NCBI GenBank assembly: GCA_964404195.1
Contig: CAYOJC010000002.1
Location: 38,886-102,885, forward strand
DNA length: 64,000 nucleotides
Source: an uncultured Syntrophobacteraceae bacterium
GTDB lineage: Bacteria; Desulfobacterota; Binatia; UBA9968
Direction of reading: 5' to 3'
Shown here: positions 21,034 through 30,324 of the stretch, piece after piece
Numbering within the stretch: the first letter of the stretch is position 1
How the letters are laid out: every line of letters begins with the position of its first letter
Notes under the pieces: generated by a model
Databases searched by the model: none
The model's input: only the letters and a program-made list of their open reading frames with translations
What the model was told of the DNA's origin: nothing
Position numbers and translations under genes: made by a program

Positions 21034-21745
21034 TCAAGTTTTTGGGTCTCTAAGGCTCATCCTCACGAAGCGCGCGAACCATCCGACAATGTCGGGAAAC
21101 CGCCAGGCGAAGAAAAATAAATAAACTGGCACCAGAAGAAAGAAGAGCACAACCGACGTGGTGATGCCGATAACGCGGCCCAACACGCCGAAAAAGCGGC
21201 CCGTCCCCGTAAACAGCGTCTGAAACGTGGGGATGGGATCCTTCCTGATCGCTTCGCCTACCTTCGCGATCTGCGCGGGCAGATCGCCCATGCGAAGATC
21301 GGTATTGTTTGGATAAGCGATCGATATAGCCGGGGAGATTTTGTACGAAACTGACCGCCTGCCTCGCCAAAATCGGACCAAGCCACGCGACCATAACGAT
21401 CGCGGTTACAGCAAAAATGACCAGGAGCAGCAACCTAGTCATTAGCCACGGCATACGCCAATGGCGCTCGGCCCAGTCGATCACCGGGTCAAAAAGATAG
21501 GCCAGACCGAGGCTGATGAGAATCGGCGCAAAGACGTCGCGCAGATAATAGACCAGAAAGAGTGCGACGACTGCGAGAGTAAGCGAGAAAAGGTCCCGGA
21601 CCGCGGTGATTTCCCAGAGATGGCGATCATGGCCGGACTCTTCCTCCAGGCAATCGCCACCGGGGATTCTTTTTCCCCTTCTATTCACGACTGGAGCGGA
21701 CGAGCTCACCGGCCTGGAGCGCTCTGGCTTGCTCACGCGAGGCAT
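21034..21745 (-). pseudogene. AI-2E family transporter (PerM/TqsA-like), frameshifted and C-terminally truncated
   Basis: Track ORFs 21050-21745 and 21034-21381 together carry AI-2E blocks (LFLVYYLRDVFAPILISLGLAYLFDPVIDWAER; FFGVLGRVIGITTSVVLFFLLVPVYLFFFAWRFPDIVGWFARFV) but in two frames. The C-terminal ~120 aa is absent. Confidence 0.55.
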
Positions 21746-21839
21746 AGATCTGACAGCGTTGCTGGGGCGGCTTCAGCCCCTTGTCGTCCACGTTCCCCCG
21801 GTGCATCTCCATTTCGGCGGCGACCTGTGTAAACCTATC

Positions 21840-22325
21840 CTAACGCAGTCTGTCCCGAGGCGGCTGCTGGTTTTCGGTGCTACGGCGACGCGGTGGCGGC
21901 TGAACGCCCGTGCCACAAACATTAACCATTTCGCCTCCAAGCCATCCGGAAACGGCGAGAAGAATAACCCCAAGGATCGAGAGCGCAATAGGAAGAGGAT
22001 CTCCAGGAAGACTGGTCGCGCGGCGATATAAATTGACGGTGAAGATCGCGATGACCATAAAATTTAGAATCAAGTGATACACGCCGATCTTCCAAACTTT
22101 AGAATCGGAAGTCGATAGTAAGTCGAAAAATCCAGGTATCGCCGCCAAAAGAGCGCCAACCAATCCGCCCGCCATCGTGTAGAAGGCGAGATCATTCCAT
22201 AGGGTTGTTCTTAAACCCGTAACTAAAACGAGATCGTTGATAAGAGAAAAAATCCATAAACCGATGGGAAAGACCACCAACATCGGATGGATCGGATGCT
22301 TAGCAATGGCCGCGGCAGTGCTCAC
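21840..22325 (-). CDS. DUF2231-type integral membrane protein
   Basis: 161 aa with 4 predicted TM segments and an N-terminal HPIHPMLVVFPIGL motif. Confidence 0.55.
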   Translation of the reverse strand: MSTAAAIAKHPIHPMLVVFPIGLWIFSLINDLVLVTGLRTTLWNDLAFYTMAGGLVGALLAAIPGFFDLLSTSDSKVWKIGVYHLILNFMVIAIFTVNLYRRATSLPGDPLPIALSILGVILLAVSGWLGGEMVNVCGTGVQPPPRRRSTENQQPPRDRLR

Positions 22326-22407
22326 AGCGATCTTCTTTTATGCATTATAGAGCTAAGAGCCGACGGTGGGAGCTTTAGGCTCCCACCGCTTGGCCTTCCG
22401 CACCCGG

Positions 22408-22533
22408 CTATTCCTTTCCTTGCTGCCGACCTGGGCAGGCTCTTTCGTGCTCACGAAGCTCGCTTTCCGATTTAAAGGTCTTGCCGCACGAGCTACACTT
22501 TAGCTGATCCTCTTGGGGATTCTCCTTTGCCAT
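22408..22533 (-). CDS. 41-aa C2HC zinc-finger/zinc-ribbon small protein
   Basis: MAKENPQEDQLKCSSCGKTFKSESELREHERACPGRQQGKE, with AGGAGGTGA 6 nt upstream of the ATG. The upstream part of track ORF 22408-22653 lacks a Shine-Dalgarno. Confidence 0.45.
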   Translation of the reverse strand: MAKENPQEDQLKCSSCGKTFKSESELREHERACPGRQQGKE

Positions 22534-22609
22534 GCTATTCACCTCCTTTCCTGATGAATTGAATTTAGACGTTTCAGGTTTCATGAACGAGTAAGACGGC
22601 CCCATATCT

Positions 22610-23074
22610 TCAATATGGTTTCTCACCGTAAAAGGAATGAATCTCAGATCCATACTTACGGTCGGCCAGATTCGGCCAATTATTATTATCGAAGCCCGGA
22701 GCCATTTTGAGTCGCTCTTTAGCCACGTTAAGTACTAAGACATCCTTGTCACGATCCATTCTCAAAGCTTTCCAAGGCACGGCAAAGAGCTTATCACCCA
22801 TTCCCAAAAAGCCTCCGAAAGAAACGACCGCATAAGCGATGCGGGCTTGTTCTGGATCGATCACAAGTTCTTTGATTTCCCCCAGATTCTCTCCTTCGGG
22901 ATTCTTTACATTTTTGCCGATTAAATTACTGGCCTTTAATACGCCAGGTTCTTTTCCGCTAGATAAGTTTTGTTGCTTTGCTTTCTTCTCCTGTCCACCA
23001 CCAGGTCCAACTGTCACAAGAGAGCTAAAACCCAGCATCAAAATCAATGCCAGTATTTTCCCCATATTTTTCAT
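22610..23074 (-). CDS. PRC-barrel domain protein, secreted
   Basis: Signal peptide MKNMGKILALILMLGFSSLVTVG and AGGAGG 5 nt upstream. PRC-barrel block GKNVKNPEGENLGEIKELVIDPEQARIAYAVVSFGGFLGMGDKLFAVPW. Confidence 0.65.
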   Translation of the reverse strand: MKNMGKILALILMLGFSSLVTVGPGGGQEKKAKQQNLSSGKEPGVLKASNLIGKNVKNPEGENLGEIKELVIDPEQARIAYAVVSFGGFLGMGDKLFAVPWKALRMDRDKDVLVLNVAKERLKMAPGFDNNNWPNLADRKYGSEIHSFYGEKPY

Positions 23075-23517
23075 AAAATCCTCCTTTAAGGCTGACCAAA
23101 ATAGAATTCGGACTTGCATTTACCGGGTGCTCGCATCGGGTGGCGCTCGTTGGTGGTTATTCCTTTGGATATCCTCCATCACGAGTTGTTAGAGCAATGC
23201 TTATGCCAAAAGGTGTTTATCTGTACCTTTGCATTTTCATCCTTCCCTTCTATCGGGCTACTTTCGACGGGATATATATTTGACCGATCCGCAAAGGATG
23301 CGCCAACGAGAAGCTTGACTGACAAAATACCAGCCTTCACTTCTTCATTGCCTCTGCAGGCTTCATCTTTTTCTCTGATATCTTTGTTGTCGCTCGCGTA
23401 AAGATAAGGAGCGCGACCGGTTTGTTGCAAAATTTGTATCGCCAAGGAGACAAGCGTATCGATGGTTGGACAATTTGGCGGGGATACGAAAAGGCGATGC
23501 GCCGCTTGGTTCGTGCA

Positions 23518-23715
23518 CTAAAAAAGATTGAAAATGCCGACGCGCGGTGTCCGGATATATAAACAGAGGAGACTGGCTAACGCTTTAGGAAGAATTACAA
23601 GCGGGAGTAAGTAAGCAGGAGCTCGAGCGGCAATCCGCGCCAGAAAAAGGAGTACCAAGGAAAACATGCCAAACGATGAATCAATGAGTGTTACGACGTT
23701 AATGAGGGCACGCAT
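23518..23715 (-). CDS. hypothetical 65-aa two-TM membrane peptide
   Basis: MRALINVVTLIDSSFGMFSLVLLFLARIAARAPAYLLPLVILPKALASLLCLYIRTPRVGIFNLF, with AAGGTG 6 nt upstream. AT-rich codons and no homology recognised. Confidence 0.3.
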   Translation of the reverse strand: MRALINVVTLIDSSFGMFSLVLLFLARIAARAPAYLLPLVILPKALASLLCLYIRTPRVGIFNLF

Positions 23716-23826
23716 AAGTGACACCTTGCGATGATCGAAACGACAACAGAAATGGTAGGTTGCAACTGTTCCGCGCAGGACAAAGTATATTCTGCACCTG
23801 GTTGCACGAATAGGTGAATTCCCTTA

Positions 23827-23855
23827 TTGACAACTACCATATCTCTTAGTAAAAA
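23827..23855 (+). promoter_or_regulatory. candidate sigma-70 promoter for the kinase gene (TTGACA-N17-TAAAAA)
   Basis: Perfect -35 hexamer TTGACA at 23827-23832 and a weak -10 at 23850-23855, about 30 nt upstream of the ATG at 23885. Confidence 0.3.
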
Positions 23856-23884
23856 GTGTCTTTGCTGACGGAGGAAATGGAGAG

Positions 23885-26689
23885 ATGAAACACGGAACCA
23901 TGGAGCGGAAAATTCAGGTCGCACAGCATCGCCTGGAATCTTTGTGGCAACGTATCCAGAAATCGCCCGAACCACAGAAAGAGTTATTTGCGGAGACCCT
24001 TCAAGAACTCGGCCTAGCTCTCGAAGAACTACAACTATCCCAAGAGGAGTTGCGCCAGCGGAACAAAGAACTGGCCAGCACATCCCAGGCGTTGGCTAGA
24101 GAGCGACAGCATTATACCGAGTTGTCGGACCACGCCCCGGACGGCTACTTGGTGACAGACCCCGAGGGAGTCATCCGCGAGGCTAATCGCGCCGCAGGGG
24201 CCCTGCTCCAGGTGCGCCACAAGTTTCTCATCGGCAAACCACTCTCCCTCTATGTCGCCGCAGAACAGCGCAAGGACCTTTGTGACCTGCTGACCCGCTT
24301 GTCCCAGAAAAAGGAAAAGGAAGTAAGGGAGTGGGGGATGCTTATGGCGCCGCGTGAAGGCCCGCCCTTCCCTGCCGCGGTGACTATCACTACGATCCAC
24401 GACGGTCAATCCGATTGGTCTTCTGAATCCTTAACGGGCTCATTGATCGGCCTGCGCTGGCTTGTACGTGACATCACAAATCGTGTCGTTCAGACAGAGA
24501 ACGTGCGGCGCCAGAGCGAGGAGCAATTCCGCTTGCTAGTAGAGGGATTCAAAGACTATGCCATCTTCATGTTAGATCCCGAGGGAGTTATCGTCAGTTG
24601 GAACACGGGGGCGGAACGGATCAAGGGTTATCGGCCAGAAGAAATCCTTGGCAAGCACTTTTCCTGTTTTTATTCCCCGCAAGACATGGAGCTCGGCAAG
24701 CCCCAACGAGGCCTAGAGGCAGCTGCCGCCGAAGGCCGGTTTGCAGATGAGGGCTGGCGTTTACGCAAGGACGGATCCCTTTTCTGGGCCAGCGTCGTCA
24801 TAACGGCATTGCGAGACGAGTCGGGAAGCCTACGCGGCTTCTCAAAAGTCACGCGCGATATCACAGAGCGGAAGAATACCGAGGATAAATTGCGTAGGCA
24901 AGCAGAGCTTTTGGATCTGGTCCATGATGCGATCATCGTAAGAGACCTGGAGAACAGGGTTGTCTTTTGGAACTCCGCCGCGCAGCAAACCTACGGCTGG
25001 ACAGCTGATGAAGCGCTGGGGAAAGAGGTTCACATTTTACTCCAAACAGTATTCCCTCAGCCTTTAGAAATCATCAAGGCTACAGTTCTTCGAAATGGAA
25101 GTTGGGAAGGTGAAGTGATCCACACCCGACGCGACGGCGAACGTATCGTCGTGGAAAGCTGTTGGGTATTGCAGAAGAGCCGAGATGGCTTCCCGATAGC
25201 GATTCTAACCATCAATAGGGATATCTCCGATCGTAAGCGGGCCGAGAAACAAATTCGAGAGAATCTCCACCGCATCACCGCCCTGCGTGATATCAACGTT
25301 GCCATTACGTCAACTCTGGATCTGCAATCGGTGCTGAGCCTTTTGCTGGAGAAACTCGAAGACTTTTTTCCCTATCCGACAGCGATGACGGTCAGGTTAT
25401 TCAACCGGGAAACCGGCGAGCTGGAGCGTTTATTCTGCCGGAATATCGACCCGGCGGAATGGAAAGCCGGCGCACAAAGCTCACCCGGCGGTCGGGACCA
25501 AGAGGCGATCCGGATTAAGGCTCCTGTGGTCGTCCGTAATGTTCAACTCGACCCGCGCTCCCACAGACCCGACTTCTACAGCCGCATGGGCCTGGTATCT
25601 TCTCTTGCCGTTCTGTTGAGCGTTAAGGAAGACGTCCGGGGAATCCTGTCCTTATACACCCGGGAGGAACACGAATTCAGTGGAGAAGAAATCGAGTTCC
25701 TTTCTTCCCTGGCAGTTCAGGCGGCCATAGCCATTCACAACACCCGGCTCTACGAGCAGCTCATAAAACAGGCGGTCGAACTGGAGAGAGCCCACGACGA
25801 GTTGGAAGAGCGAGTGCGTGAGCGAACGTTTGAGCTGGCCAGGACAAACGACGCTCTCAAGACCGAGATCTCGGAACGCAAGCGGGTCGAGGAGCAACTG
25901 CGCGAGAGCGAGCGTCAATTGAGCAATCTCGCCAAAGGTTTGGAGCAGCAGCTCATCGCCTCGGACCGGCTGGTTTCGGTCGGCGAGCTGGCGGCGTCGA
26001 TCGCCCATGAATTCAACAACCCGCTGCAGATCATCCTGGGCTTTACACAGGAGGTTCTCAGTGAGCTGAACCCCGCTCAACCTCACTACGAAATCTTAAA
26101 GATTGTTGAGACGGCAACCCACCGATGCGGGGAGATTATTAGAAATCTCTTGGATTTTGCCCGTCCGGACCATGATCTATCATTGTCGGTGGTTGAACCT
26201 ATCATCCGGAACAGTATTAAATTAACTCTCGCCCACCTGGAGAAGTCAAAAATCAAAGTCGAGATCGATGCCCAGCCTGATCTACCCGAGATTTACGCAA
26301 ACCCTACCCAACTGCAACAGGTGTTGATAAATCTCTTTTTTAACGCCGCAGATGCAATGCCCAAAGGCGGGACGCTGACTATTCGGGCGGCGGCTAATCC
26401 TGCGTCCTCGGTCCAGGCTGATGAAAACCGCGAGGCAAGTCGCCAGGAGTTGACTATTGCGGTGTCTGATACGGGCACGGGTATACATCGCGAGGCGCTG
26501 CCTAACATCTTCCGCCCTTTCTTCACTACGAAGAAAAAGAAAGGTATGGGGCTGGGACTATCAATCTGCGAACGGATCATGAAGTCCCATGGCGGCAGAG
26601 TCACCGTGGACAGCGCGCGGGGGAAAGGCACCACCTTCTATCTTCATTTCCCTATGATGGAGGCAAGAGACTATGGACGAGCCTCATGA
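23885..26689 (+). CDS. cytoplasmic multi-PAS/GAF sensor histidine kinase
   Basis: 934 aa with no TM segments. It has three PAS-like blocks, a GAF-like region and a coiled coil, then HisKA (SIAHEFNNPL, His present) and HATPase_c (N, DTGTGI, GMGLGL boxes). Confidence 0.9.
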   Translation: MKHGTMERKIQVAQHRLESLWQRIQKSPEPQKELFAETLQELGLALEELQLSQEELRQRNKELASTSQALARERQHYTELSDHAPDGYLVTDPEGVIREANRAAGALLQVRHKFLIGKPLSLYVAAEQRKDLCDLLTRLSQKKEKEVREWGMLMAPREGPPFPAAVTITTIHDGQSDWSSESLTGSLIGLRWLVRDITNRVVQTENVRRQSEEQFRLLVEGFKDYAIFMLDPEGVIVSWNTGAERIKGYRPEEILGKHFSCFYSPQDMELGKPQRGLEAAAAEGRFADEGWRLRKDGSLFWASVVITALRDESGSLRGFSKVTRDITERKNTEDKLRRQAELLDLVHDAIIVRDLENRVVFWNSAAQQTYGWTADEALGKEVHILLQTVFPQPLEIIKATVLRNGSWEGEVIHTRRDGERIVVESCWVLQKSRDGFPIAILTINRDISDRKRAEKQIRENLHRITALRDINVAITSTLDLQSVLSLLLEKLEDFFPYPTAMTVRLFNRETGELERLFCRNIDPAEWKAGAQSSPGGRDQEAIRIKAPVVVRNVQLDPRSHRPDFYSRMGLVSSLAVLLSVKEDVRGILSLYTREEHEFSGEEIEFLSSLAVQAAIAIHNTRLYEQLIKQAVELERAHDELEERVRERTFELARTNDALKTEISERKRVEEQLRESERQLSNLAKGLEQQLIASDRLVSVGELAASIAHEFNNPLQIILGFTQEVLSELNPAQPHYEILKIVETATHRCGEIIRNLLDFARPDHDLSLSVVEPIIRNSIKLTLAHLEKSKIKVEIDAQPDLPEIYANPTQLQQVLINLFFNAADAMPKGGTLTIRAAANPASSVQADENREASRQELTIAVSDTGTGIHREALPNIFRPFFTTKKKKGMGLGLSICERIMKSHGGRVTVDSARGKGTTFYLHFPMMEARDYGRAS

Positions 26690-28034
26690 ACGGATCCTCA
26701 TCGTAGACGATGAACAGAACGTCCTGGCCCTTTTTAGGAGGATCCTGCAAAAGGAGGGGTACGAGGTTGAGTGCGCCTCCTCCGGCGAAAACGCGCTGAA
26801 GAAGCTGGAGGCGGAATGGTTCGACTTGGTTATCACGGATTTGAAGATGCCGGGGATGGACGGGTTGGAGTTGTTGAAAAAGGGGAAGGCGGCGAACCCG
26901 GGCATGTCATTTATCATGCTAACGGCTTTCGGAACAATTCATTCGGCCGTGACAGCTATGAAGGAAGGAGCCTATGATTACCTTATCAAACCCATCGATA
27001 CTGAAGAACTCAAGATCGTGGTGCAAAAAGCCCTGGAGCTGCATCGGCTTACCCGCGAGTTGGAGCGCCTGCGAAGCCAACTGGATCTCGATCCGGACTT
27101 TCAACAAATCGTCGGCCATAGCGAGCCGATGCGGGGCGTTTTCCGCCTGATCAAGATGGTGGCCAACAGCAATGCCACGGTTCTCGTTCAAGGGGAATCT
27201 GGCACGGGTAAGGAACTGATAGCCAGAGCCCTGCACTACCACAGCCAAAGGAATAATCGGCCCTTTGTCGCTATCAATTGCGCCGCTCTGCCGGAGACCT
27301 TACTCGAGAGCGAGCTTTTCGGGCATGTGCGCGGCGCCTTTACAGGGGCCATCTGCAATAAAAAGGGCCTCTTTGAGGAAGCTCATGAGGGAACGCTCCT
27401 GCTCGACGAAATCGGAGATACCACCACGGCCTTTCAGTCCAAACTATTGAGAGTCCTCCAAGAGAATGAAATTCGGCCGTTGGGGAGCAATAAGAGTATC
27501 AATATCGACGTCAGGGTAATCGTCGCAACGAATAAGGATCTCAAGAACCAGGTGGAGAGGCAGGCTTTCCGTGCGGATCTCTTCTACCGCCTTAACGTAG
27601 TGCCGATCGTTATCCCGCCTCTGAGAAATCGAAGAGAGGACATACCACTTTTAGTCAACCACCTCATCAGTAAACACTGTAAGCGGAATCGGCTGGAGCC
27701 GAAAGGAATCTCCCCAAACGCTCTAAGACTCTTGCTAGATCATTCTTGGCCTGGAAATGTGAGAGAGCTGGAGAACGTCATCGAGCGCGCCGTGCTGATC
27801 AATCCAGGTCCTGAGATTAATACCGATTCCCTGTTCACTAGTCCGGTCGCAGTAGACGAATCTCCGATATCCCTGCGTCAGGCAACGAACGGGGCTAGGG
27901 AAATCGTAGAGAGGGAAAAAATTGCCCACGCATTAGAAAGGGCAAAAGGTAATCGATCCGAAGCTGCAAAGCTGCTAGGTATTAGCCGATCCGCGCTCTA
28001 TAATAAGCTTAGGGTCCTAGACCTCGCTCACTGA
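26673..28034 (+). CDS. sigma-54-dependent response regulator (NtrC/Fis family)
   Basis: REC domain (DDEQN...D...K), an AAA+ sigma-54 activator domain with Walker A GESGTGKE and GAFTGA, and a C-terminal Fis-type HTH. It overlaps the kinase gene by 17 nt. Confidence 0.9.
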   Translation: MDEPHERILIVDDEQNVLALFRRILQKEGYEVECASSGENALKKLEAEWFDLVITDLKMPGMDGLELLKKGKAANPGMSFIMLTAFGTIHSAVTAMKEGAYDYLIKPIDTEELKIVVQKALELHRLTRELERLRSQLDLDPDFQQIVGHSEPMRGVFRLIKMVANSNATVLVQGESGTGKELIARALHYHSQRNNRPFVAINCAALPETLLESELFGHVRGAFTGAICNKKGLFEEAHEGTLLLDEIGDTTTAFQSKLLRVLQENEIRPLGSNKSINIDVRVIVATNKDLKNQVERQAFRADLFYRLNVVPIVIPPLRNRREDIPLLVNHLISKHCKRNRLEPKGISPNALRLLLDHSWPGNVRELENVIERAVLINPGPEINTDSLFTSPVAVDESPISLRQATNGAREIVEREKIAHALERAKGNRSEAAKLLGISRSALYNKLRVLDLAH

Positions 28035-28055
28035 TCGACCGACCTGGAACGCGGC

Positions 28056-28080
28056 TGTCTATTCCGGTAGACACTGTCCA
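28056..28080. promoter_or_regulatory. candidate enhancer/UAS: overlapping palindromes TGTCTA-N6-TAGACA and GACA-N1-TGTC
   Basis: ctGTCtattccggtaGACactGTCca lies about 85-110 bp upstream of the sigma-54 -24/-12 element, the usual position for bEBP binding sites. Confidence 0.45.
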
Positions 28081-28165
28081 CAGCAACACACATTCAAGGG
28101 AATTGCCGGCCTAGTTTTATCCTATAGTTCTGCTCCTATCGGGCATTCAAAACATATTTTTTTGG

Positions 28166-28180
28166 TGGCATAGGAATTGC
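28166..28180 (+). promoter_or_regulatory. sigma-54 (RpoN) promoter, TGGCAT-N5-TTGC
   Basis: tggcataggaattgc has GG (-24) and GC (-12) with exact consensus spacing, 38 nt upstream of the ATG at 28219 and 111 nt upstream of the alternative ATG at 28291. Confidence 0.7.
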
Positions 28181-28218
28181 GCTACTAACTCAAGGAGCGC
28201 ATTAGCCGTAAGAGGCCA

Positions 28219-28506
28219 ATGCCTTGGAAGTTTCTTGGAGAGCAGGCCGCTCAACCCGAGCCAGAGGGCTCAGAAGGAGGAAAATCCAAAATGGCGAACC
28301 TTGTGATAGCGACCTGCCGTAGATGTGGAAAAGAAATTAACCTAAGAAGCGTCATGACCTACAGGGTCCTGCAAGATTATCGAATAGTCTGTAAGGAGTG
28401 TACAAGAGTAGTAGAAACTCCTTTGATTGACTCAGAAAGGAAAAGAAACACGACCACCGGTTCGAATAAGAAAGAGGGACCGCAAAGCGAGACAGAAAGA
28501 TTATAA
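28219..28506 (+). CDS. small zinc-ribbon protein (CxxC...CxxC); alternative start at 28291
   Basis: Core MANLVIATCRRCGKEINLRSVMTYRVLQDYRIVCKECTRV with GAAGGAGG 10 nt before 28291. The acidic N-terminal extension starting at 28219 has AAGAGG 4 nt upstream. Confidence 0.55.
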   Translation: MPWKFLGEQAAQPEPEGSEGGKSKMANLVIATCRRCGKEINLRSVMTYRVLQDYRIVCKECTRVVETPLIDSERKRNTTTGSNKKEGPQSETERL

Positions 28507-28625
28507 CCTTACCTTGAGTGAGGACTAGAAAACCCCCGTGAATATGAGGGTGCGGGTTTTTGGGAGGAGCGGCGGTAGGAAGCCTCGCGACAGGAGGAGC
28601 ATACGAATATAACGCCAATCGACAG

Positions 28626-28724
28626 ATGGATATGCTTGAGGAGAATCTTAGAAACGACAGAATATCACGTCAAGAATATGAATCACGGAAAAAGCAAATA
28701 GAGACTGGCTCTATCATTTATTAG
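28626..28724 (+). CDS. possible SHOCT-like small ORF (about 32 aa; TTG start at 28560 would give 54 aa)
   Basis: MLEENLRNDRISRQEYESRKKQIETGSIIY resembles the SHOCT short C-terminal motif (L..L...G.I...EY...K). Not in the ORF track. Confidence 0.25.
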   Translation: MDMLEENLRNDRISRQEYESRKKQIETGSIIY

Positions 28725-28824
28725 CGGTCCCCCATCCCGGAGGATTTGTAATAAAGAGAACCGCTAACCCAGAGGCAGATAATTGACTATGTAACAGATG
28801 AACAAGACGATGGAGGACAACCCT

Positions 28825-29391
28825 ATGAACCAAGAAATATTTGCGGGCCAGTGGAAGCAAATGCGCGGCGTGGTGAAATCGTGGTGGGGCAAACTTGCCG
28901 ATGATGACTTCGACAAGATCGGGGGGCAGAAAGACAAACTGATCGGCTTGATACAAGAGAAATACGGATCTACTCGCGATCAGGCCCAGCAAGAGGTTGA
29001 GCTGCGCTTAAAAGAATATAGCGACAAAATGGCCAGTCGCAGCGGCAGCGGAATACCGGAGCCAAGTGAAACTGTCGGCAGCATGACGGCCAAGGCACAG
29101 GAGGTCGGCGCGACTGCTGGACGCAAGGCCAGCGAGGCTGCAATAGTCGTTGGTGAGAAGATAGGATCGCTGGCGAGCGTGATTCGGAAAAATGCTCCGC
29201 ACGAAGGCGCGATCGCCAGAGCTGCAACAGCAGTAGCGGGTGGGCTGGAATCGGCGAGCTCTTATTTACAAGAAAAAAAATTCGCAGAGCTGGCAAAAGA
29301 CCTAACCTCCTTGGTTCGCAGCTACCCCGTCCAATCGATTTTGGTCGGGGTCGGCCTTGGCTATTTATTGGCGCGAAGCACGAAACGGTAA
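28825..29391 (+). CDS. CsbD-like general stress domain fused to DUF883 (YqjD/ElaB-type) membrane-anchored protein
   Basis: N-terminus AGQWKQMRGVVKSWWGKLADDDFDKIGGQKDKLIGLIQEKYG is CsbD-like. C-terminus SYPVQSILVGVGLGYLLARSTKR is a DUF883-type anchor. GGAGGA lies 7 nt before the ATG at 28825. Confidence 0.65.
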   Translation: MNQEIFAGQWKQMRGVVKSWWGKLADDDFDKIGGQKDKLIGLIQEKYGSTRDQAQQEVELRLKEYSDKMASRSGSGIPEPSETVGSMTAKAQEVGATAGRKASEAAIVVGEKIGSLASVIRKNAPHEGAIARAATAVAGGLESASSYLQEKKFAELAKDLTSLVRSYPVQSILVGVGLGYLLARSTKR

Positions 29392-29405
29392 CCCACCGGT
29401 AACGC

Positions 29406-29765
29406 ATGGACAACAAGTCGCAACACGCCTCTGAGCCGAGCATAGTAGCTCTGCTTGGAGGCATTATTAACGATGCCAAGAGTTTGCTGGCACTAGGAAT
29501 GGCGCTGGGAAAGCTAGAAGTGCAGGACCAACTGCGCAAAGGCAAAACCGCCGCGATAACACTGGGCATCGCGATAGGGATTGTCGCGGTCGGTGGACTG
29601 TTGCTGATGCACATGCTTGTCCAGGCGCTGGCGGCATTCACGGAGATTCCACTCTGGGGGTGCTTCGGCATAGTTGGAACCGCGCTTGTCGCTATCGGCG
29701 GGGTGCTGCTCGCCATCGGCAAAACCAAAGCAGAGGAACTCGACGTGGTGCCCCAACAACGGTAG
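29406..29765 (+). CDS. YqjE-like (DUF1469 / holin-X superfamily) inner-membrane protein
   Basis: 119 aa with two TM helices (AAITLGIAIGIVAVGGLLLMHMLV, WGCFGIVGTALVAIGGVLLAIG). It has the classic position between two DUF883 genes, as in yqjD-yqjE. Confidence 0.6.
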   Translation: MDNKSQHASEPSIVALLGGIINDAKSLLALGMALGKLEVQDQLRKGKTAAITLGIAIGIVAVGGLLLMHMLVQALAAFTEIPLWGCFGIVGTALVAIGGVLLAIGKTKAEELDVVPQQR

Positions 29766-29787
29766 AGACAATGAAGGAGAATGCGCA

Positions 29788-30324
29788 ATGGCTCGCAAGG
29801 CGGACGACATCCGACAAGACATAAAAGGCACCCGCCAAGACATCCACGACACCCGTTTGGCAATGACGGAGAAGCTAGAAATGATGGAAGAGCGTGCACG
29901 GCAGACCATTGAAGGCGTACAATCATCGGTGGAAGATATCGTGCAGAAAGTGAAAGGGACGGTGGACACGACCGTCGAAGGGGTGAAGCGTAACTTTGAT
30001 CTACGCTATCAAGTGGACCGGCATCCGTGGCTAGTGTTTGGCGGGTCACTCGTCGTGGGCTATATGCTCGGAAGCCGGCGTGGCGGCCGAATGTCTTCTT
30101 CTTTCTCCACAAATGGTGCAGCGTTCTCTCTCAAAATCATAGTCGTTGGCGCTGTGATGAGCACGCTGCGGGAAATGCTCAAGCGGGCCCTGCTGGCGCC
30201 AGCCGCACAAGTCAATAACGCAATGACCAAGCCGGGGCGTCAGCCCATCGATAGGCCGGAGCAGAATCCGGCACCAATTTCCAGTTCAAAAGTAAAAGGA
30301 CAACCAATTCGGATAGAGCCTTGA
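29788..30324 (+). CDS. DUF883 (YqjD/ElaB/YgaM-like) ribosome- and membrane-associated stress protein
   Basis: Start MARKADDIRQDI with AAGGAGA 7 nt upstream. Coiled-coil N-terminus and a DRHPWLVFGGSLVVGYMLGSRRGG anchor motif. Confidence 0.6.
   Translation: MARKADDIRQDIKGTRQDIHDTRLAMTEKLEMMEERARQTIEGVQSSVEDIVQKVKGTVDTTVEGVKRNFDLRYQVDRHPWLVFGGSLVVGYMLGSRRGGRMSSSFSTNGAAFSLKIIVVGAVMSTLREMLKRALLAPAAQVNNAMTKPGRQPIDRPEQNPAPISSSKVKGQPIRIEP

Noticed and set aside
23179-23445. An 88-aa minus-strand ORF and a 95-aa plus-strand ORF (23114-23401) in the gap between the PRC-barrel gene and the kinase.
   Set aside because: There is no Shine-Dalgarno, the composition is low-complexity, and no motif was recognised. 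The region more likely holds promoter DNA for the divergent genes.
29406-29765. A holin-family ORF that could indicate a prophage lysis cassette.
   Set aside because: No endolysin, spanin, capsid or terminase genes are nearby. The gene sits between two DUF883 genes exactly like the chromosomal stress gene yqjE.
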